Origin: Azolla caroliniana
Taxonomy: Eukaryota > Plantae > Polypodiophyta
Assembly (NCBI GenBank): GCA_043228905.1
Contig: JBHGNT010000011.1
Coordinates: 16,368,001-16,432,000 of the forward strand
Reading direction: 5' to 3'
Length of the DNA: 64,000 nt
The notes under the pieces are model-generated. The model did no database searches, was not told the DNA's origin, and saw only the letters and a list, made by a program, of their open reading frames with translations. Positions 1 to 10,942 of this stretch are shown here, in pieces; the stretch's first letter is position 1, and every line of letters begins with the position of its first letter. The translations under genes were made by a program, and so were the position numbers.

Positions 1-1700
1 GATTATCTGAATACTAGCTGTAAGAAACATTCTAAAATGATATGAATACTATTGATAAAACCTGTAAGAAACATTTTAAGATGATATAAATACTATTGAT
101 AAGACGTCTTTAGAACAGGGTATTGGAATAAACCCAAGAACGAATAATAACTACATAGCTTGGTGGTAGAACATTCGGTCGTAGTGCGATAGGTGATCAG
201 TTCAATCCTCCTTGTGCCCTAAATCAAGAAGAGTATAAATTACCTCCAAGAACACTCACAACCCGAGATAATTAATTTCAAATATTTGAAACGAACATGG
301 GTATCCCTTATGTGGCCAATATGACACAAACATGCATATGTATGATGTGTCTATTGTTTCAAATCTAAGATGATTTGAATATTTTCGGCAAGAAGTATTC
401 TTGGATATTGGAATAAACAAAAGAGCCAATCATGGGTGGATTGCTCAATGGTGGAGCAAATGGTTGCAGTCCGATACGTAATCAACTTAATCCTCATTGT
501 GCCCTAAAGCAAGAAGAGTATATATTACCTTCTACAACACTCTCACGTTGAGCTTATTAATTTCAGATGATTGCACAGGAACATGCATATCCCAAGTGTG
601 TCAAATATGGCACTGAATTTCAGCGAATGGTGAGTGCGAATGCACGTTGGCCCACTCTATGTCTACGGAGGGTTTTGATTACTTTTGGCCCGATTCAAAT
701 ACATCAAGGGTGGACTCCAACAACACTCAGAAACTAGGATTATTAATTTCAAATCTTTGCACACGTACATGACACAAATACTATTGCCATGAATCTTGTT
801 GGATATTGGAATTAAACAAAAGAATCCATGAAGGGTGCATAGCTCAGTGGTAGAGTAATCGGCTGCAGTCCGATTGGTCATCAGTTCAATCTGGGTTGCG
901 CCCTAAAACATGAAGAGTAGGAAATAGCTTTAACAACACTTACCTCCGAAGAATATTATTTACAAAATGTTACACACAAACATGCATTTGCCTTATGTGT
1001 CAAATGTTTCAAATCTAAGATGCCTATCTCATTGGTAGAACTATCGGTCTTAGTGCGGTAGGTCATCAGTTCAATCCTCGTTGTGCCCTAAATCAAGAAG
1101 AGTATAAATTACTTTCAAAAACACTCACAAGCTGAGATAATTAATTTCAAATATTTGCAAACGAACATGGATATCCCTTATGTATCAAATATAACACAAA
1201 TATGCATATGTATTATGTTTCGAATGTTTCAAATCTAAGATGATATGAATATTATCGGCATGAAGTACTCTTGGATGTTGGAATATACCAAAGAGCCAAT
1301 CATGGGTACATAGCTCAATGGTGGAGCAAACGGTTAGAGTTCGATAGGTAATCAACGTAATCCTCATTGTGCCCTCAAGCAAGATGAATATAGATTACCT
1401 CCAACAATACTCACAACTTGAGCTTATTTATTTCAATTAATTGCATAGCAACATGCGTATCCCCGATGTGTCAAATATGGCACTTCATTTTGGTGCATGG
1501 AGAGCGCGAACGCACGTTGCCTCAGTCTGTGTACTTAGGGTTTTGAATACTTTTGGCCCGATTAAAATACATCAAGGGTGGACAGCAACAACACTCACAA
1601 AGTAAGATTATTAATTTCAAATCTTTGCATACGAACATGATACAAAAACTATTGCCAAGAATCTTATTGGATGTTGGAGTTGAACAAAAGAATCCATGAA

Positions 1701-1772
1701 GAGTGCATAGCTCAGTGGTAGAGCAATCGGCTGCAGTCCGATAGGTCATCAGTTCAATCCTGGTTGTGCCCT
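1701..1772 (+). tRNA. trnC-GCA: tRNA-Cys (GCA), acceptor-stem mismatch (possible pseudogene)
   Basis: Consensus core beginning GAGTGCA (A2:C71 mismatch), otherwise intact. Confidence 0.65.
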
Positions 1773-2776
1773 AAAGCAAGAAGAGTATATATTACCTTCT
1801 ACAACACTCTCAAGCTGAGCTTATTAATTTCAAATTATTGCACAGGAACATGCGTATCCCAAGTGTGTCAAATATGGCACTGAATTTCAGCGAATGGTGA
1901 GTGCGAACGCACGTTGGCCCACTATATGTCTATTGAGGGTTTTGATTACTTTTGGCCCGATTCAAATACATCAAGGGTGGACTCCTACAACACTCAGAAA
2001 CTAGGATTATTAATTTCAAATCTTTGCACACGTACATGATACAAATACTATTGCCATGAATCTTGTTGGATATTGGAATTAAACAAAACAATCCATGAAG
2101 GGTGCATAGCTCAGTGGAAGAGCAATCGGCTGCAATCCCAAAGATCATTAGTTCAATCTTGGTTGCGCTCTAAAACAAGAAGATTAGGTATTAGCTTGAA
2201 AAACACTTACATCCGAAGATTATTAATTACAAAATGTTACACACAAACATGCATATGCCTTATGTGTCAAATGTTTCAAATCTAAGATGCCTATCTCAGT
2301 GGTAGAAGAATCGGTCATAGTACGATAGGTGATCACTTCAATCTTCCTTGTGCCCTAAATCAAGAAGAGTATAAATGACCTCCAAGAACAGTCCCAGCCT
2401 GAGATTATTAATTTCAAATCTTTGCAACGAACATGCGTATCCCTTATCTGTCCAAGATTATTAATCAAGAAGAGTAATAGTTGATCACGACTTTAGCTTA
2501 TTCATTTCAAATAATTGCATAGGAACATGCGTATCCGTGATGTGTCAAATATGGCACTTAATTTCGGTAAATGGAGAGCGCGAACGCACGTTGCCTCAGT
2601 CTATGTGTACTTAGGGCTTTGATTACTTTTGGCCCGATTCAAATACATCAAGGGTGGAGTGCAACAACACTCACAAAGTACGATGATTAATTTCAAATAT
2701 TTGCACACAAACATGATACAAATACTATTGCTAGGAGTCTTGTTGGATATTAGAGTTGAACAAAAAAATCCAAGAA

Positions 2777-2848
2777 GGGTGCATAGCTCAGTGGTAGAGC
2801 ATTCGGCTGCAGTCCGATAGGTCATCAGTTCAATCCTGGTTGCGCCCT
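2777..2848 (+). tRNA. trnC-GCA: tRNA-Cys (GCA)
   Basis: Folds as a cloverleaf: acceptor GGGTGCA/TGCGCCC, D arm GCTC/GAGC, anticodon loop CT-GCA-GT (one mismatch at the top of the stem), T arm ATCAG-TTCAATC-CTGGT, discriminator U73 as in Cys tRNAs. Confidence 0.85.
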
Positions 2849-3743
2849 AAAACCGGAAGAGTAGGTATTACCATTAACAACACTTACATCGTACGAATAT
2901 TAATTACAAAATGGTAGGCACAAACATGCATATGCCTTATGTGTCGAATGTTTCAAATCTAAGATGATATGAATACTAGCGGTATGAAACATGATATGAA
3001 TACTATTGATAAGACGTCTTTAATACAGGGTATGGGAATAAACACAAAAACGAATAATAAGTGCATAGCTCGGTGGTAGAACAATCGGTCGTAATGCGAT
3101 AGGTGATCAGTTCAATCCTGCTTGTGCCCTAAATCAAGAAGAGTATAAATTACCTCCCACCACACTTAGAGCCCGAGATTATTAATTTCAAATCTTTGCA
3201 AACGAACATGGGTATCCCTTATGTGTCAAATATAACACAAACATGCATATGTATTATGTTTCGAATGTTTCAAATCTAAGATGATTTGAATATTTTCGGC
3301 AAGAAGTATTCTTGGATATTGGAATAAACAAAAGAGCCAATCATTGGTGCAGAGCTCAATGGTGGACCAAACGGTTGCAGTCCGATAGGTAATCAACTTA
3401 ATCCTCATTGTGCCGTAAAGCAAGAAGACTGTAGACTACTTTTTACAACACTTACCAGTTTAGCTTATTAATTTCAAATGATTCCACAGGAACATGCGTA
3501 TCCCAAGTGTGTCAAATATGGCACTAAATTTCAGCGAATGCTGAGTACGAACGCACGTTGGTCCACTCTATGTGTACTTAGGGTTTTGATTACTTTTGGC
3601 CCAATTCAAATACATCAAGGGTGGACTGCAATAACACTCAGAAACTAAGATTATTAATTTCAAATATTTGCACACGTACATGATACAAATACTATTGCCA
3701 AGAATCTTGTTGGATATTGTAGTGAAACAAAAGAATCCATGAA

Positions 3744-3815
3744 GGGTGCATAGCTCAGTGGTAGAGCAATCGGCTGCAGTCCGATAGGTCATCAGTTCAA
3801 TCCTGGTTGTGCCCT
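3744..3815 (+). tRNA. trnC-GCA: tRNA-Cys (GCA)
   Basis: GGGTGCATAGCTCAGTGGTAGAGCAATCGGCTGCAGTCCGATAGGTCATCAGTTCAATCCTGGTTGTGCCCT; perfect ATCGG/CCGAT anticodon stem, intact A and B boxes. Confidence 0.88.
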
Positions 3816-4583
3816 AAAACAAGAAGAGTAGGTATTAGCATTAACAACACTTACATCGTAAGAGTATTAATTACAAAATGGTAGGCACAAACATGCAAAT
3901 GCCTTATGTGTCGAATGTTTCAAATCTAAGATGCCTATCTCATTGGTAGAACTATCGGTCCTAGTGCGGTAGGTCATCAGTTCAATCCTCGTTGTGCCGT
4001 AAATCAAGAAGAGTATAAATTACCTCCAACAACACTCCCAGCCCGAGATTATTAATTTCAAATCTTTGCAAACGAAAATGCGTATCCCTTATCTGTCAAA
4101 TATAACACAACCATGCATATGTGTTATGTTTCGAATCTATGATGATATGAATACTATCGCCAAGAAGTATTCTTGGATAATGGAATAAACTAAACAACCA
4201 ATCATGGGTACATAGCTTAATGGTGAAGCAATCGGTTGTAGTCGAATAGGTCATCAATTTAATCCTCATTGTGCCCTAAAGCAAGAAGAATATAGATTAC
4301 CTCCAACAACACTCACAACTTGAGCTTATTGATTTCAAATAATTGCATAGGAACATGGGTATCCGTGATGTGTCAAATATGGCACTTAATTTCGGTAAAT
4401 GGAGAGCGCAAACACACGTTGCCTCAGTCTATGTGTACTTAGGGGTTTGATTACTTTTGGCCCGATTCTAATACATCAAGGGTGGATTGCAACAATACTC
4501 ACAAAGAAAGATTATTAATTTCAAATCTTTGCACACGAACATTATACAAATACTATTGCCAAGAATCTTGTTGGATATTAGAG

Positions 4584-5052
4584 GCTTCATGAAGAAGCGC
4601 TTCCTCCTCACGCATAGCGCTTCATCCGGCCGGGCCGGCATTTACCCAACTTGGAATTAACTTCATCAAGTCAGTACAGTTAACGAAAGGACGCTGGCGC
4701 TTCCCTTTGAGATTCCCTCTAGCCGCAGGTTCCCCTACGACTACCATGGTACGACTTCACCCCAATCCCTGACCCAACCGTGATATGCTTTTTTACACTC
4801 ACCAGTCATAGAATCATACTAGTTATACCACTTATTCCCAATAGATAGAATAATTGATTACTGTCACCAGCTATAAACTTGTTTGTTGCCTTCTGGTCTA
4901 AGAAGAATTACCATTATATAACCTAAAAGATGCATACAAACAGCTGTTGTCCAAGTTGAGAGCAAATGATATCTTAAATCTATTAATAATTTTTTTGGAT
5001 CGACCGAACCTGTCAGCATATGTAATCTTTTTGATAATAAAATTTAAAGACT
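4584..5052. other. 469-bp foreign insert (NUMT-containing filler) in the tRNA array
   Basis: Native TTAGAG|TTGAACAAAAGAATCC is split with no TSD and no loss; the insert has no similarity to the array repeat. Confidence 0.85.
4711..4788 (-). pseudogene. rrn18: 3' end fragment of a mitochondrial-type small-subunit rRNA (rrn18)
   Basis: GCCGCAGGTTCCCCTACGACTACCATGGTACGACTTCACCCCAATC is the reverse complement of the conserved SSU 3' end (1492 region). No anti-Shine-Dalgarno, and the flanks (GATTC...; ACCGTGATATGC) resemble plant mitochondrial 18S as I recall it. Confidence 0.8.
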
Positions 5053-6143
5053 TTGAACAAAAGAATCCATGAAGGGTGCATAGCTCAGTAGTAGAGCAAT
5101 CGGCTGCAGTCCGATAGGTCATCAGTTCAATCCTGGTTACGCCCAAAAACAAGAAGAGTAGGTATTCCCATTAGCAACACTTACATCCTGAGAATATTAA
5201 TTACAAAATGGTAGACACAAACATGCATATGACTTATGTGTCGAATGTTTCAAATCTAAGATTATCTGAATACTAGCTGTAAGAAACATTCTAAAATGAC
5301 ATGAATACTATTTATAAGACATGTAAGAAACATTCTAAGATGATATGAATACTATTGATAACAAGTCTTTAATACAGGGTATTGGAATAAACATAAGAAC
5401 GAATAATAAGTGCATAGCTCGGTGGTAGACCAATCGGTCGTAGTGCGATAGGTGATCAGTTCAATCCTCCTTGTGCCCTAAATCGGTGGTAGAACAATCG
5501 GTCGTAGTGTGATAGGTGATCAGTTCAATCCTCCTTGTGCCCTAAATCAAGAGGAGTATAAATTACCTTCAACAACACTCACAGCCCGAGATAATTAATT
5601 TCAAATATTTGCAAACGAACATGGGTATCCCTTATGTGTCAAATATAACACAAACATGCATATGTATTATGTGTCGAATGTTTCAAATCTAAGATGATAT
5701 GAATATTATCGGCAAGAAGTATTCTTGCATATTGGAATAAACCAAAGAGCCAATCATGGGTACATAGCTCAATGGTGGAGCAAACGGTTGGAGTCCGATA
5801 GGTAATAAACTTAATCCTCATTGTGCCCTCAAGCAAGAAGAATATATACTACCTCCAACAACACTTACAATTTGAGCTAATTCATTTCAAATAATTGCAT
5901 AGGAACATTCGTATCCTTGATGTGTCAAATATGGCACTTCATTTCGGTGCATGGAGAGCGCGAACGCACGTTGCCTCAGTCTATGTGTACTTAGGGTTTT
6001 GATTACTTTTGGCCCGATTCAAATACATCAAGGGTGGACTGCAACAACACTCACAAAGTAAGATTATTAACTTCAAATCTTTGCACACGAACATGATACA
6101 AATACTATTGCGAAGAATCTTGTTGGATATTAGAGTTAAACAA

Positions 6144-6370
6144 TTAGATCAATATCTTGTTTTTGGGGGGTTTCATTAGAAAAAGGTTTTCTGATGCTGT
6201 CATGTACATCAAATTTTTTTTCCAGTTACATAGCAAATCTACTTGCTAAGCCTCTCAAGGAATCAGAAAGCCCAGTGTATTGCGATGCGTGACTCGATCG
6301 TATATTTCGATCACCACAGACTAAACCCAACCTGTCATCTCATACGACGATGGGATGCCTCCACTTCCGA
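6144..6370. other. About 227-bp foreign insert of unknown origin upstream of a tRNA-Cys
   Basis: Native GTTAAACAA|(AAG lost)|AATCCATGAAGGG is split; no TSD. Confidence 0.8.
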
Positions 6371-6380
6371 AATCCATGAA

Positions 6381-6452
6381 GGGTGCATAGCTCAGTGGTA
6401 GAGCAATCAGCTGCAGTCCGATAGGTCATCAGTTCAATCCTGGTTGCGCCCT
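6381..6452 (+). tRNA. trnC-GCA: tRNA-Cys (GCA), one anticodon-stem mismatch
   Basis: Same consensus with ATCAG instead of ATCGG in the anticodon stem. Confidence 0.75.
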
Positions 6453-9400
6453 AAAACAAGAAGAGTAGGTATTACCATTAACAACACTTACATCCTAAGA
6501 ATATTAATTACAAAATGGTAGCCACAAACATGCATATGCCTTATGTGTCGAATGTTTCAAATCTAAGATTATCTGAATACTAGTTGTAAGAAACATTCTA
6601 AAATGATATGAATACTATTGATAACAACTGTAAGAAACATTCTAAGATGATATAAATACTATTGATAAGACGTCTTTAGAACAGGGTATTGGAATAAACC
6701 CAAGAACGAATAATAACTGCATAGCTTGGTGGTAGAACAATCGGTCGTAGTGCGATAGGTGATCAGTTCAATCCTCCTTGTGCCCTCAAGCAAGAAGAGT
6801 ATAAATTACCTCCAATAACACTCACAGCCCAAGATAATTAATTTCAAATCTTTGCAAATGAACATGGGTATCCTTATGTGTCAAATATAACACAAACATG
6901 CATATGTATTATGTGTCGAATGTTTCAAATCTAGGATGATATGAATATTATCGGCAAGAAGTATTCTTGTATATTGGAATAAACAAAATGGCCAATCATG
7001 GGTGCATAGCTCAACGGTGGAGCAAACGGTTGCAGTCCGATAGGTAATAAACTTAGTCCTCATTGTGCCCTAAATAAGGAAGGGTATAGATTACCTGCTA
7101 CAAAACTGACAAGTTAAGCTTATTAATTTCAAATTAATGCACAGGAACATTCGTATCCGAAGTGTGTCAAATATGGCACTGAATTTCAGCGAATGGTGAG
7201 TGCGAACGCACGTTGGCCCACTCTAGGTCTACTGAGCGTTTTGATTACTTTTGGCCCGATTCAAATACATGAAGGGTGAACTCCAATAACACTCAGAAAC
7301 GAATATTATTAATTTCAAATCTTTGCACACGTACATGATACAAATACTATTGCCAAGAATTTTGGTGGATATTGGAGTTAAACAAAAGAATCCATGAAGG
7401 GTGCATAGCTCAGTGGTAGAGCAATCGGCTGCAATCCGATAGGTCATCAGTTCAATCTTGGTTGAGCCCTAAAACATGCAAATGCATTATGTGTCGAATG
7501 TTTCAAATCTAAGATGCTATGAATACTAGCCGTATGAAACATGATATGAATACTATTGATAAGACGTCTTTAATGCAAGGTATTGGAATAAACAAAAACG
7601 AATAATAAGTGCATAGCTCCGTGGTAGAACAATCGGTCGTAATGCGATAGGTGATCAGTTCCATCCTCGTTGTGCCCTAAATCAAGAAGAGTATAAATTA
7701 CCTCCCACCACACTTAGAGCCCGAGATTATTAATTTCAAATCTTTGCAAATGAACATGGGTATCCCTTATGTGTCAAATATAACACAAACATGCATATGT
7801 ATTATGTGTCGAATGTTTCAAATCTAAGATGATTTGAATATTTTCGGCAAGAAGTATTCTTGGATATTGGAATAAACAAAAGAGCCAATCATGGGTGCAT
7901 AGCTCAATGGTGGAGCAAATGGTTGCAGTCCGATACGTAATCAACTTAATCCTCATTGTGCCCTAAAGCAAGAAGAGTATAGATTACCTTCTACAACACT
8001 CTCATGTTTAGCTTATTAATTTCAAATGATTGCACAAGAACATGCGTATCCCAAGTGTGTGAAATATGGCACTGAATTTCAGTGAATGGTGAGTGCGAAC
8101 GCACGTTGGCCCATTCTATGTCTACTGAGGGTTTTGATTACTTTTGGCCCGATTCGAATACATCAAGGGTGGACTCCAACAACACTCAGAAACTAGGATT
8201 ATTAATTTCAAATCTTTGCACACGTACATGACACAAATACTATTGCCATGAATCTTGTTGGATATTGGAATTAAACAAAAGAATCCATGAAGGGTGCATA
8301 GCTCAGTGGTAGAGCAATCGGCTGCAGTCCGATAGGTCATCATTTCAATCTTGGTTGCGCCCTAAAACATGAAGAGTAGGAAATAGCTTTAACAACACCT
8401 ACCTCCGAAAAATATTAATTACAAAATGTTACACACAAACATGCATATGCCTTATGTGTCAAATGTTTCAAATCTAAGATGCCTATCTCATTGGTAGAAC
8501 TATCGGTCCTAGTGCGGTAGGTCATCAGTTCAATCCTCGTTGTGCCCTAAATCAAGAAGAGTATAAATTACCTTCAACAACACTCACAAGCTGAGATAAT
8601 TAATTTCAAATATTTGCAAACGAACATGGGTATCCCTTATGTGTCAAATATAACACAAACATGCATATGTATTATGTGTCGAATGTTTCAAATCTAAGAT
8701 GATATGAATATTATCGGCAAGAAGTACTCTTGGATGTTGGAATAAACCAAAGAGCCAATCATGGGTACATAGCTCAATGGTGGAGCAAACGGTTAGAGTC
8801 CGATAGGTAATCAACGTAATCCTCATTGTGCCCTCAACCAAGAAGAATATAGATTACCTCCAACAACAGTCACAACTTGAGCTTATTTATTTCAATTAAT
8901 TGCATAGCAACATGCGTATCCCTGATGTGTCAAATATGGCACTTCATTTTGGTGCATGGAGAGCGCGAACGCACGTTGCCTCAGTTTGATACAAATACTA
9001 TTGCCAAGAATCTTGTTGGATATTGGAGTTAAACAAAAGAATCCATGAAGGGTATAGCTCAGGGGTAGAGCAATCGGCTGCAGTCCGATAGGTCATCAGT
9101 TCAATCCTGGTTGTGCCCTAAAACAAGAAGAAATGTTACACACAAACATGCATATGCCTTATGTGTGAAATGTTTCAAATCTAAGATGCCTATCTTAGTG
9201 GTAGAACTATCTGTCCCAGTACGGTAGGTCATCAGTTCAATCCTCCTTGTGCCCTAAATCAAGATGAGTATGAATTACCTCCAACAACATTCACAACCGG
9301 AGATCATTAATTTCAAATCTTTGCAAACGAGCCCGAGATTATTAATTTCAAATCTTTGCAAATGAACATGCGTATCGCTTATATGTCATATATAACACAA

Positions 9401-10870
9401 ACATGAATATGTATTATGTTTTGAATGTTTAAAATCTATGATGATATGAATACTATCGCCAAGAAGTATTCTTGGATAGTGGAATAAACTAAACAACAAA
9501 TCATGGGTACATAGCTTAATGGTGAAGCAATCAGTTATAGTCGGATGGGTCATCAATTTAATCGTCATTGTGCCCTAAAGCTAAATAAATATAGATTACG
9601 GCCAACAACACTCACAACTTGAATTTATTAATTTCAAATAATTGCATAGGAACATGTGTATCCCTGATGTGTCAAATATGGATCTTAATATCGGTGAATG
9701 GAGAGCGCGAACACACGTTGCCTCAGTATATGTGTACTTAGGGTTTTGATTACTTTTGGCCTGATTCAAATACATCAAGGGTGGACTACAACAACACTCA
9801 CAAAGTAAGATTATTAATTTCATATCTTTGCACACGAACATGATACAAATACTATTGCCAAGAAGCTTGTTGGATATTAGAGTTAAACAAAAGAATCCAT
9901 GAAGGATGCATAGCTTAGTGGTAGAGCAATCGGCTGTAGTCCGATAGGTCATCAATTCAATCCTGGTTGCGCCCTAAAACAAGAAGAGTAGGTATTACCA
10001 TTAACAACACTTACATCGTAAGAGTATTAATTACAAAATGGTAGGCACAAACATGCAAATGCCTTATGTGTCGAATGTTTGAAATCTAAGATGATATGAA
10101 TACTAGTTATAAGAAACATGATATGAATACTATTGATAAGACGTCTTTAATACAGGGTATTGAAATAAACACAAAAACGAATAATAAGTGCATAGCTCGG
10201 TGGTAGACCAATCGGTCGTAGTGCGATAGGTGATCAGTTCAATCCTCCTTGTGCCCTAAATCAAGAAGATTATAAATTACCTCCAACAACACTCACACCC
10301 CGAGGTTATTAATTTCAAATCTTTGCAAATGAACATGGGTATCCCTTATGTGTCAAATATAACACAAACATGTATATGTATTATGTGTCGAATGTTTCAA
10401 ATCTAAGATGATATGAATATTATCGGCAAGAATTATTCTTGGATATTGGCATAAACAAAAGGGCCAATTATGGGTGCATAGCTCAATGGTGGAGCAAATG
10501 GTTGCAGTCCGATACGTAATCAACTTAATTCTCATTGTGCCCTAAAGCAAGAAGAGTATAGATTACCTCCTAAAACACGCACAAGTTGAGCTTATTAATT
10601 TCAAATTATTGCACAAGATCAGGCCTATGCCAAATGTGTCAAATATGGCACTGAATTTCAGCGAATGGTGAGTGCGAACGGACGTTGGCCCACTCTATGT
10701 CTACTGAGGGTTTTGATTACTTTTTGCCCGATTCAAATACATCAAGGGTGGACTCCAACAACACTCAGAAACTAAGATTATTAATTTCAAATCTTTGCAC
10801 ACGTACATGGTACAAATACTATTGCCAAGAATCTTGGTGGATATTGGAGTTAAACAAAAAAATCCATGAA

Positions 10871-10942
10871 GGGTGCATAGCTCAGTGGTAGAGCAATCGG
10901 CTGCAGTCCGATAGGTCATCAGTTCAATTCTGGTTGCGCCCT
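10871..10942 (+). tRNA. trnC-GCA: tRNA-Cys (GCA)
   Basis: Full cloverleaf with T loop TTCAATT and acceptor GGGTGCA/TGCGCCC plus U73. Confidence 0.85.

Noticed and set aside
4711-4788. Functional rRNA gene or bacterial contamination
   Set aside because: Only about 78 bp with substitutions, embedded within nuclear repeat units.
1027-8548. Class D monomers with CTA or TTA at the anticodon position (about 1050, 3960, 8508) as amber/ochre suppressor tRNAs
   Set aside because: They lack the 5' acceptor strand, have C at position 33 and mismatched stems, so they cannot fold as tRNAs.
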